Origin: a virus
Strand: one strand, 5' to 3'
DNA: 18,257 nt
Virus record (IMG/VR): IMGVR_UViG_3300001507_000013
Part shown: positions 1-7,146 of the stretch, in pieces
Numbering within the stretch: position 1 is the stretch's first letter
Layout: each line of letters starts with the position of its first letter
Made by a program: the position numbers and the translations under genes
The notes under the pieces: model-generated
Seen by the model: the letters and a program-made list of their open reading frames with translations, nothing else
Databases searched by the model: none
What the model was told of the DNA's origin: nothing

Positions 1-59
1 ATAAAAATTTTGAGTAAAAGGTCAAACAAAATACATTTAAATTTTACTATGGATTATGA
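1..59. repeat. Left inverted terminal repeat (59 bp)
   Basis: Bases 1-59 are identical to the reverse complement of 18199-18257, checked base by base. The first mismatch is at position 60. ITRs at both ends are typical of protein-primed linear phage genomes. Confidence 0.95.
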
Positions 60-129
60 TTAATAAACGATCATTATTTCTATTAAATATGTAATGTAAA
101 TTTTTTTCAAAAAAATATCGTCAAAACTA

Positions 130-158
130 TTGCAAAAAATTCACGCTTATTATATAAT
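130..158 (+). promoter_or_regulatory. Early sigma-A type promoter: TTGCAA, 17-nt spacer, TATAAT
   Basis: TTGCAA at 130-135 and TATAAT at 153-158 with exactly 17 nt between them. T7-C-A7 tracts at 101-115 lie where an UP element would sit. The first gene's RBS GGAGGTG is at 176-182. Confidence 0.7.
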
Positions 159-189
159 GTAATCAAGTTAGAAATGGAGGTGAAAAAAA

Positions 190-462
190 GTGACACCTGA
201 AAAAGGACAAGCATATACGGAAATGTTGCAACTATTTAATTTACTTCAACAATGGAATGATTTTTATACATCAGAAAATGCAAGTAATTTATTAGTTGCA
301 TGTCAACAATTATTAATTAATTACAATGACCCAGTCATTAAATTTATTAATGATGAAAATGAAGATAAATCACTACTAAGCTATTTAGCAGGTGATGACG
401 GATTATCACAATGGCAATTTTACAAAGGTTTTTATAATAATTACAACGTTCATATTTTTTAA
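190..462 (+). CDS. Hypothetical early protein, 90 aa, net acidic
   Basis: GTG start 7 nt after GGAGGTG. First gene after the left-end promoter. No motif recognised. Confidence 0.75.
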   Translation: MTPEKGQAYTEMLQLFNLLQQWNDFYTSENASNLLVACQQLLINYNDPVIKFINDENEDKSLLSYLAGDDGLSQWQFYKGFYNNYNVHIF

Positions 463-510
463 AAATAACATTTAATACTATATTCTAATAAATTAATGTG
501 AGGTGAACAT

Positions 511-726
511 ATGGACTACATTGATGTTGAAATCAAAGGTTTTACAGTCTACGCAAAAAATGATAGACATGAAGAATATGACTTTTTTATTACAAAACAA
601 GATTACAGAATAACTAAACGTGAAATATTACAACATATTCCAGAAGGACATACATTACTAGATAGCAAACGTACGTCAAAAATCATTACAGTAAGTTATG
701 ATGAATTATTAAAAATTGAAATTTAA
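511..726 (+). CDS. Hypothetical early protein, 71 aa
   Basis: ATG preceded by GAGGTG. Tightly packed with its neighbours. No motif recognised. Confidence 0.75.
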   Translation: MDYIDVEIKGFTVYAKNDRHEEYDFFITKQDYRITKREILQHIPEGHTLLDSKRTSKIITVSYDELLKIEI

Positions 727-741
727 AGGAGTTAATAAAAA

Positions 742-1134
742 ATGGCAAATGTAAATGAATTATTAAACAAATATTCTAACGGTGGCGCAAAATTTGAATA
801 CGACAATGAAAAAGAAAGAGAATATATCAAATTAGGTGAATTGGATATGTCAAAAACATACCCTATTGAAGCGTTATTCATCAATACGAAAGGTATATTT
901 GGTGACCAAGGTGTCATCATTAGTGGTGACTACATTGTCAACTTACCTAATCACTTAACAGAAATGATTGAAGATATGCGACAAGATAGTGAAATGGTTG
1001 ACGCAATTAATCAACGTTTATTTGATTTTGAAATTTATGAATTTGAATCTAAAAAATATAATCGTGTATCACACAGTATTAATTTAGTACCTAGCGAAAA
1101 TGTGAAAAAAGAGGCACAATCTGAAAAAAAGTAA
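742..1134 (+). CDS. Putative phage ssDNA-binding protein, 130 aa as encoded, apparently lacking its C-terminal tail
   Basis: AAGGAG RBS. It is the third gene of the left arm, where staphylococcal picoviruses carry their SSB (from memory). A stranded SSB-type tail ending DDDIPF lies just downstream in another frame (1143-1235). The function call is indirect. Confidence 0.5.
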   Translation: MANVNELLNKYSNGGAKFEYDNEKEREYIKLGELDMSKTYPIEALFINTKGIFGDQGVIISGDYIVNLPNHLTEMIEDMRQDSEMVDAINQRLFDFEIYEFESKKYNRVSHSINLVPSENVKKEAQSEKK

Positions 1135-1142
1135 AAAATTAG

Positions 1143-1235
1143 AAACGCAACCCGTTTGAACCTAATGACGGTCGAAGAGGTTTCTCAAAAGCAAATGGAC
1201 CAATAGAAATAACTGACGATGATATACCATTTTAA
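1143..1235 (+). pseudogene. Detached 3' coding remnant encoding an SSB C-terminal tail (KRNPFEPNDGRRGFSKANGPIEITDDDIPF*)
   Basis: Thirty sense codons with no start codon, in the frame of positions divisible by 3. TAG at 1140-1142 bounds it upstream. It ends in the canonical bacterial SSB tip DDDIPF, and a terminator follows directly. Confidence 0.6.
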
Positions 1236-1247
1236 ATACAACTAAAT

Positions 1248-1270
1248 AAAGGGGCTTTGTCCCCTTTTTT
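1248..1270 (+). terminator. Rho-independent terminator or attenuator after the first three genes
   Basis: AAAGGGG (1248-1254), loop CTTTGT, CCCCTTT, then a T6 run to 1270. The next gene's RBS follows at once with no room for a promoter, so downstream genes need read-through. Confidence 0.6.
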
Positions 1271-1287
1271 ATTATGGAGTGATAAAA

Positions 1288-1497
1288 ATGTTAGCGTTTG
1301 AAAAAAGTATTATTGATACAATAGAAAAAGATTATGCAAGAAACAAAGGTTTTATTATTCTTTGTCAAAGAAGTAAAGAATATTTAAGTCGTACATTAAA
1401 ATTTCTTGATGATATTAAATGTGAGTATATAACAATTACTGATAAAGACGGTACGTTTAATATTGTTATTAATTTAAATTCATATAAAGGGGTTTAG
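1288..1497 (+). CDS. Hypothetical protein, 69 aa
   Basis: ATG at 1288 lies 8 nt after GGAG (1276-1279). The GTG at 1279 used by the ORF track overlaps the RBS and is less likely. Confidence 0.65.
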   Translation: MLAFEKSIIDTIEKDYARNKGFIILCQRSKEYLSRTLKFLDDIKCEYITITDKDGTFNIVINLNSYKGV

Positions 1498-1500
1498 TTT

Positions 1501-1746
1501 ATGTTTGGTACAATTGTTACAATAGGATTATGTTTATATGGTATAATTGCATTAATACTTGTTTCAATCGTTAATTATAAAAGGAGCGATTACATGAATT
1601 TGATTAAAGCGTATTATAATATTGTTAATGCACTCAATGATTACGATTTAACAAAAGAACAAAGGGAAAAATTAGAAAATGCTTTATTTGAAATTACGCA
1701 TATTTTAAATGATTTAGAAAGCGAGGGAAAATATTTTGATAATTAA
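1501..1746 (+). CDS. Small membrane protein, 81 aa: one N-terminal TM helix plus a helical C-terminal part
   Basis: AAGGGG RBS. Hydrophobic stretch FGTIVTIGLCLYGIIALILVSIV at the N-terminus. The C-terminal part is charged and looks helical. Confidence 0.7.
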   Translation: MFGTIVTIGLCLYGIIALILVSIVNYKRSDYMNLIKAYYNIVNALNDYDLTKEQREKLENALFEITHILNDLESEGKYFDN

Positions 1747-2965
1747 ACATCAAATGAAATTACATTTAAATGAATTGGTTGATTGGGCATGGCGTAATGG
1801 TGTTACAACAGAAAAATTTCACTCAAATAATGGTTCATATGTCATATTCGACCATAGTGCAGTAGTAGAAACTTATATTATTAATAAAAATGATCTATTT
1901 AATGTGACAGAAGAAATTGAAATCACATTAGATAAACCGATTGACTATTTCCTAGAAAAAGATATGTATGGTAATTATCGTGAACATCAAAATATTGCTA
2001 TTAAGGATTTACTATTTTTAAATACAACGGTCAATATTTGGGTTATTAATGATGATAACTCACATATATTGATTTATAAAGACGGACAACTCATTGATGA
2101 ATATATGTATCATCAATTTGAATATGAAGCTAATCAGAATAAGCATATTTACCCACATAATAAAGCAAGTGGAACGTACCCACATAAAACAGAACAAAAC
2201 GTGACACCACCAAATAAGAAACCTGATACAAAACCCCTACCACCAGAAGATAATACACCAAAAGTAAGAACCATTAAAACATTAAATGGTACAGTGATGA
2301 AAGACTATACACCCGTTTCATCAATACAATATGTTAAATCTGTTGGAATCATTGGTGACAGTGTGGGTAAAGGTGCGCATGCTTCATATAACTTTGGTGA
2401 TTACATTAAAGAAAAAACAGGTGCAAAAATTCAAAACTTATCAGTAAGCAGCGCTACAATGAGTGAAGTTAAAGACAATAATATATTAAATCAAGCTAAA
2501 CAACTAAAAGATAATGAACTCGTGATTATACAGGGTACTGATGATGATTGGTTGTTTAATTCTAATACAGGTGTTGAAGTTGGTAATAAACTAACTGACA
2601 CAAAAACATATATTGGTGCATTTTATAAGGTTGTTGAAACGGTTAAAGAAAATAACCCAAAAGCTAAAATCGTTGTGATTACACCAACGAAACAAGCTAA
2701 AATTGATGATACAGGAAAAGTTATAAGACGTGATACAGATAAGAATAAAAAAGGTTACACATTAAAAAATTATGTTGATTCACAAGTGAAAGCAACTAAA
2801 GATTTAGGATTAGCCTTATATAATGCTTATGATGATTCATTAATCAATCCTTATAATGAAAAATTTAGACAATCGTCTATGAAAGACGGTTTACACCCAA
2901 CAAAATGGGGTCATGAAATGATGTATTATCGCATTGCAGAAACATATCATAAAAATTTTGATTGA
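1736..2965 (+). CDS. Two-domain protein, 409 aa: unknown N-terminal domain, Pro/Lys-rich linker, C-terminal SGNH/GDSL-family hydrolase
   Basis: SGNH blocks are readable: GIIGDSVGKG (block I, Ser nucleophile), IIQGTDDD (block III-like), DGLHPTKWGH (block V, DxxH). Linker is TPPNKKPDTKPLPPEDNTPK. TTG start 8 nt after GAGGG, overlapping the upstream stop. The first in-frame ATG (1754) has no RBS. Confidence 0.7.
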   Translation: MIIKHQMKLHLNELVDWAWRNGVTTEKFHSNNGSYVIFDHSAVVETYIINKNDLFNVTEEIEITLDKPIDYFLEKDMYGNYREHQNIAIKDLLFLNTTVNIWVINDDNSHILIYKDGQLIDEYMYHQFEYEANQNKHIYPHNKASGTYPHKTEQNVTPPNKKPDTKPLPPEDNTPKVRTIKTLNGTVMKDYTPVSSIQYVKSVGIIGDSVGKGAHASYNFGDYIKEKTGAKIQNLSVSSATMSEVKDNNILNQAKQLKDNELVIIQGTDDDWLFNSNTGVEVGNKLTDTKTYIGAFYKVVETVKENNPKAKIVVITPTKQAKIDDTGKVIRRDTDKNKKGYTLKNYVDSQVKATKDLGLALYNAYDDSLINPYNEKFRQSSMKDGLHPTKWGHEMMYYRIAETYHKNFD

Positions 2966-2975
2966 GGTGTAGACA

Positions 2976-3479
2976 ATGAAAAGAGGGAACAAAAGTAATC
3001 GTATTGCACGTTCAAATGCTTTTCGTGAAGCAACAACCAAAAAACAATCAACCTATGAACGTGACGGATTTGTTTTTTTATTTGATGATGAGGAATTACA
3101 AAAAGAATACATTCATGAATATAATCATTTTAACAACCTATTTGTTGAAAAAGGTAAAGTCAAATTACCCAAACCAAAAAAGATTGCATATATTGACGCT
3201 AAAAGTTTAGTGAGTGGTAAAAACCAAGAAAAGTTAACCGAAATAGAAAATGTCTATAAACAACTTGACTATGATTGGGAACAAAAAGGTAATATGCACA
3301 AACACCATTTATTCCAAGAAGCAGTTAAAGACAATGACGGTTCACAAGAAATATCACACTTTATTAAATCAACGGAAGAACTATTTAAAGAACTTGAAGA
3401 AGCTACAAAAGTAGACAGTATTGTAAATAAAAAACAAGTCAAATACAACGTTGTCTATTATGTTAGACGGGTGGGTTAA
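2976..3479 (+). CDS. Basic hypothetical protein, 167 aa; weak candidate for the terminal (priming) protein
   Basis: GAGGTG RBS. Lys/Arg-rich N-terminus MKRGNKSNRIARSNAFREATTKKQ. It lies in the replication/packaging block. No diagnostic motif, so the function is only a guess. Confidence 0.7.
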   Translation: MKRGNKSNRIARSNAFREATTKKQSTYERDGFVFLFDDEELQKEYIHEYNHFNNLFVEKGKVKLPKPKKIAYIDAKSLVSGKNQEKLTEIENVYKQLDYDWEQKGNMHKHHLFQEAVKDNDGSQEISHFIKSTEELFKELEEATKVDSIVNKKQVKYNVVYYVRRVG

Positions 3480-3481
3480 CT

Positions 3482-3541
3482 ATGTTTGAAACTGTTGATG
3501 ATATTATTGAATATTATTCAGATAAGGAGGTTAAAAAATGA
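3482..3541 (+). CDS. Possible 19-codon mini-ORF (MFETVDDIIEYYSDKEVKK) bridging two genes
   Basis: ATG lies 2 nt after the upstream TAA, with GGGTGGG 6 nt upstream. Its TGA overlaps the ATG of the packaging ATPase (ATGA). It fills the whole gap. Confidence 0.3.
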   Translation: MFETVDDIIEYYSDKEVKK

Positions 3542-4797
3542 AAAAGTCACGATTAAATGAAGTGAAAGACTATCAAAATTTTGTTACTAAGTTTAGACGT
3601 TCAATACCGAAACAATATAACCAAATTGAACTCGCTGATGACTTAATGAATTTAGATATTGATTTTTTAATTTCCATATCCAACCGTTCAGACGGTAAAA
3701 CATTCAACTATGTTGCATTTTTTATGAAGTTAGCTATTGATTTAGATATTAAGTTTACTTTACTCGCAAGACATCATACATTGCGTGACGCTTATCGTGA
3801 ATTACTTGAAAGAATATGTATTGAACAAAAACATTTTAATGATAAAGAGTTATTTTTTAGAAATACGCAAGATTATATTGCAGTGGGTTATGGTGATAAA
3901 GAAATTGGTATTATTACTCACCTTAATAATGCAACCGATTTAAAATATCATTCTAACTTTATGAAGAATTTTCCTATCATTATTTATGATGAGTTTTTAG
4001 CATTAGAAAGCGATTACCTCATAGATGAGTGGGAAAAGTTGAAAACCATATATGAAAGTATTGATCGTAACCATGGTAATATTGAATATATCAAAATACC
4101 TAAAATTGTATTACTAGGAAATGCAGTAAACTTTTCTAGTCCACTACTCGCAAACTTAAATATTTATGAACAATTACAACATCACTCAAAATTTGGTATG
4201 AATAGCAAACGTCAGTATAGTAATATCATGCTTGAGATGAGAAGAAATGAATTTTCTAATGAGAATCGTAACACACGTGCATTTAATACTGATGATGATT
4301 CTATGACAACAGGTGAATTTGATTTTAATACATTTAATTTAGCAGATGATTATTTGAGGGCGCACATATCAAGTAATGGAAACTTTTTCCATATCAAAAC
4401 ACCCTATAATTATATTAAAGTGATGTATAACTTAAATGATTATCAAACGAATATTAAAGTTGTACCCTATTCTGAAAATTACCAGTTTTGTACTGATGTA
4501 TCAGATGTTGAACATGGTGCATTATTTTTAAAAGATTCTTTTTATAAAGATAATCATCAAAGGCGTTATTATAACCCCTCAAATCTTCATTTTGATAATG
4601 CTTACAGTAAATCATTTATACTCAATGAAGATGATTTTATACATTTAAATATGAACAAGATTATAAAGTATCATTTAAAAACAGAACGTAACAAAAAAGG
4701 TTATCAACCTTTTGAACAAAAAGAAAAAATGTATCATGATAACTACATTGAAAGAACTAAAAAAAATCTAGTAAAATCATTTATAAGCAATGTGTAA
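3538..4797 (+). CDS. DNA encapsidation (packaging) ATPase, phi29 gp16-like, 419 aa
   Basis: AAGGAGG RBS. Walker A-like SNRSDGKT and Walker B PIIIYDEF. It sits directly upstream of the DNA polymerase, as in staphylococcal picoviruses. Confidence 0.8.
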   Translation: MKKSRLNEVKDYQNFVTKFRRSIPKQYNQIELADDLMNLDIDFLISISNRSDGKTFNYVAFFMKLAIDLDIKFTLLARHHTLRDAYRELLERICIEQKHFNDKELFFRNTQDYIAVGYGDKEIGIITHLNNATDLKYHSNFMKNFPIIIYDEFLALESDYLIDEWEKLKTIYESIDRNHGNIEYIKIPKIVLLGNAVNFSSPLLANLNIYEQLQHHSKFGMNSKRQYSNIMLEMRRNEFSNENRNTRAFNTDDDSMTTGEFDFNTFNLADDYLRAHISSNGNFFHIKTPYNYIKVMYNLNDYQTNIKVVPYSENYQFCTDVSDVEHGALFLKDSFYKDNHQRRYYNPSNLHFDNAYSKSFILNEDDFIHLNMNKIIKYHLKTERNKKGYQPFEQKEKMYHDNYIERTKKNLVKSFISNV

Positions 4798-4820
4798 AGT
4801 TTTTACATATTGCTTTTTTT
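4785..4820 (+). terminator. Rho-independent terminator after the packaging ATPase gene
   Basis: A 14-bp stem: AAGCAATGTGTAAA (4785-4798) pairs with TTTACATATTGCTT (4802-4815), with one G-U pair. Loop is 3 nt and a T7 run ends at 4820. The stop codon lies inside the stem. Confidence 0.65.
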
Positions 4821-4830
4821 ATGATATAAT
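4802..4830 (+). promoter_or_regulatory. Promoter for the DNA polymerase gene: TTTACA, 17-nt spacer, TGaTATAAT (extended -10)
   Basis: TTTACA at 4802-4807, TG at 4822-4823, TATAAT at 4825-4830. The -35 is the 3' arm of the upstream terminator hairpin. Confidence 0.65.
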
Positions 4831-4854
4831 GTTTTTTGATTAGAGGTGTAGAAC

Positions 4855-7146
4855 ATGGGATTATTAGAAGCAATGCAAAAACATAAAGGTCAAAAAAATT
4901 TATATCTTTATTGGGATATTGAAACATTAAACTATAATAAGGTAGCAGGAAGAGAAAAACCAACTAAATATAAAAATGTGACTTATAGTCTTGCTATTGG
5001 TTGGTATGACGGACAACATATTGATGTTGAAGTTTTTCCTAGTTTTAAAGCCTTTTATCAATCTTTTTTTGATTACGCCTCAAGACGTGATACGATTACG
5101 AAATCACAAACTACTATTAATATGATTGCACATAACTGTAATAAATACGATAATCATTTTTTACTTCACGATACAAAATATTATTTTAGTGATGATTTAG
5201 TGATAGAAAATTTATTTATGAAAAGTGCAGAAGATAACGAAAATACAATTAATATGAATGAAGCAAAATTATTATCAAAAGAAACAAATGTTATTTTAGA
5301 AAAACGTGTTAAATCAAGTATCAATTTAGATTTAATGATGTATTTAAAAGGATTTAAATTTAATATTATAGATAATTTTATGAAAACAAATACATCAATC
5401 GCTACATTAGGTAAAAAGCTCAAAGACGGTGGTTATATTAGTGAAGATGAATTAAAAACTGATTTTCAATATGATGTGTTTGATGTAGAACATGATATGA
5501 CAGATACACAAGCCTATGATTATGCTTATGAATGTTTTCATCAACTTACAGAATCACAAATGACCTATATTAGAAACGATGTCATTATTTTAGGTATGTG
5601 CCACATACATTATAGTGATATATTCCCTAATTTTGATTATAGTGCAATGACCTTTAGTGTTAATATTATGAAAAGTTATATCAATAATGAAACAACACGC
5701 TTACAATTATTAAACCAAAAAGGAAAGCAAAAAATATCATACACAGATTTTACTTTTTTTGATATGAATTTTTATGACTTTATTAAGGGTTTTTATCGTG
5801 GTGGATTAAATATGTATAATTCACGTTATGTTGATAAAATCATCAATGAGGAATGTTTTTCAATAGACATAAATAGTAGTTATCCCTATGTGATGTATCA
5901 TGAAAAATTACCGATGTATATTTATGATTTTGATGAATATGAACAACCGACAACGATACACATTGATTTAACCAATAAAGATTATTTTTCACTTTATAAA
6001 ATGGATAAGGTCACATTTAATCGTACTATTTTAAGAAATATTGAAAGTGATTTAATTAAGCAATGTCTTGTTAAATACTACAATAATGACAAAAAGTTTG
6101 TTAATATAAATACAAACACTTTACGCATGATTGAAGATTTAACGGGTTTAACTTTTGACAAAATAAAAGTGTTTGCTTTTGTGTGCTATGAATGTGAATA
6201 CTTTGGCGCTCGTGATATTATTCATCATAATTATTTCATCAAAACGCAAGGTAAATTAGATAAAAAAATCATTATGGATTCACCCTATAATTACACGATC
6301 ACTGATGAAGTCAATACACATACTTATTCAAAAGAAGAAATCATGTTAAGTAAAGTTGTTTTAAATGGTCTGTATGGTATACCTGCTTTACGGTCACATT
6401 TTAATTTGTTTAGACGTGATGAGGACGGTTTTTTAGTTAACCATGAAAATGGATATAAAAACAGTGAACGTAATTTATTATTTTCTACTTTTGTGACATC
6501 ACAAGCCCTTTATAATTTACTTGAACCATTAAAGTCTCTAACACAATCTGAAATAGATGACTGCTTTATATATTGTGATACTGACAGTTTATATTTAAAA
6601 TCAAAAATTAAACATAAATTAAATGATGAATTATTTGACCCTATTGCATTAGGTAAGTGGGATATAGAAAATCATGTCATTAAAAAAATGTATGTACTCA
6701 ATCATAAAAAGTACGCCTACCAAAAAGAAGATAACACAATTAAAATTGCCAGTGCAGGTATTCCATTAGACGCATTTAATAAGAATCAATCTTTTGAAAA
6801 TTTTATTAAAAATGATTTTCACCATAAAGCAATTGTGTATAACAATAAATCCATTTATAACGAACAAAAAACAATATCTATTTACCCGTCAAAAACATAT
6901 ATTGAAAAAGGTACGCCTTATGATTATTATTTCACTAAAGAATTAGAGGATAGAAAAGAAGATGTATTAAAACAAGCAAGACGTGAATATGATGATGTCA
7001 ATGACGATGATATATTATACATTGAAAGTGATGTTGGCGCATTTTCATTTAGTGATCTATTTCCTTATCAATTTGAAATTAAAAATAAATGTGATATTAA
7101 TATTTTATATATGGTTCATCAAGATATAAAAAATGACGCTACATGA
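4855..7146 (+). CDS. Protein-primed family-B DNA polymerase, 763 aa
   Basis: Exo I YWDIET, Exo II HNCNKYDNHF, Exo III YIRNDV, motif A DINSSYPY, motif B KVVLNGLYG, motif C YCDTDS and a KKY motif, all in canonical order. GAGGTG RBS. Confidence 0.95.
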   Translation: MGLLEAMQKHKGQKNLYLYWDIETLNYNKVAGREKPTKYKNVTYSLAIGWYDGQHIDVEVFPSFKAFYQSFFDYASRRDTITKSQTTINMIAHNCNKYDNHFLLHDTKYYFSDDLVIENLFMKSAEDNENTINMNEAKLLSKETNVILEKRVKSSINLDLMMYLKGFKFNIIDNFMKTNTSIATLGKKLKDGGYISEDELKTDFQYDVFDVEHDMTDTQAYDYAYECFHQLTESQMTYIRNDVIILGMCHIHYSDIFPNFDYSAMTFSVNIMKSYINNETTRLQLLNQKGKQKISYTDFTFFDMNFYDFIKGFYRGGLNMYNSRYVDKIINEECFSIDINSSYPYVMYHEKLPMYIYDFDEYEQPTTIHIDLTNKDYFSLYKMDKVTFNRTILRNIESDLIKQCLVKYYNNDKKFVNINTNTLRMIEDLTGLTFDKIKVFAFVCYECEYFGARDIIHHNYFIKTQGKLDKKIIMDSPYNYTITDEVNTHTYSKEEIMLSKVVLNGLYGIPALRSHFNLFRRDEDGFLVNHENGYKNSERNLLFSTFVTSQALYNLLEPLKSLTQSEIDDCFIYCDTDSLYLKSKIKHKLNDELFDPIALGKWDIENHVIKKMYVLNHKKYAYQKEDNTIKIASAGIPLDAFNKNQSFENFIKNDFHHKAIVYNNKSIYNEQKTISIYPSKTYIEKGTPYDYYFTKELEDRKEDVLKQARREYDDVNDDDILYIESDVGAFSFSDLFPYQFEIKNKCDINILYMVHQDIKNDAT

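Noticed and set aside
101-115. T7-C-A7 quasi-palindrome as a structural or origin element
   Set aside because: It is a pure A/T hairpin with negligible stability. Its position, about 15-30 nt upstream of the -35, fits an UP-element-like A/T tract.
60-189. A phi29-style prohead RNA gene near the left end
   Set aside because: I found no leftward promoter: the - strand TATAAT at 154-149 has no usable -35. I also saw no convincing multi-helix structure by eye, and the region is better explained as the early promoter with its A/T-rich upstream tracts.
732-920. 62-aa ORF on the - strand, antisense to the putative SSB gene
   Set aside because: It lies wholly inside a well-supported + strand gene. 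It has no RBS and is the kind of open frame expected by chance opposite coding DNA.
1123-1142. Functional -1 programmed frameshift at the dnaX-like heptamer A_AAA_AAG, taken on its own
   Set aside because: The -1 frame reads only GTA AAA AAT and then TAG (1140-1142). A simple -1 slip would add just three residues and would not reach the DDDIPF tail. The heptamer alone does not explain the arrangement.
3004-3210. 68-aa ORF in an alternative + frame inside the 167-aa gene
   Set aside because: Nested out of frame in a better-supported gene, with no RBS and a low-complexity translation.
4781-5423. Two - strand ORFs (4781-4963 and 5181-5423) antisense to the polymerase region
   Set aside because: They run opposite the promoter, terminator and polymerase coding sequence. 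The translations are hydrophobic and low-complexity, as expected from AT-rich antisense. No RBS.
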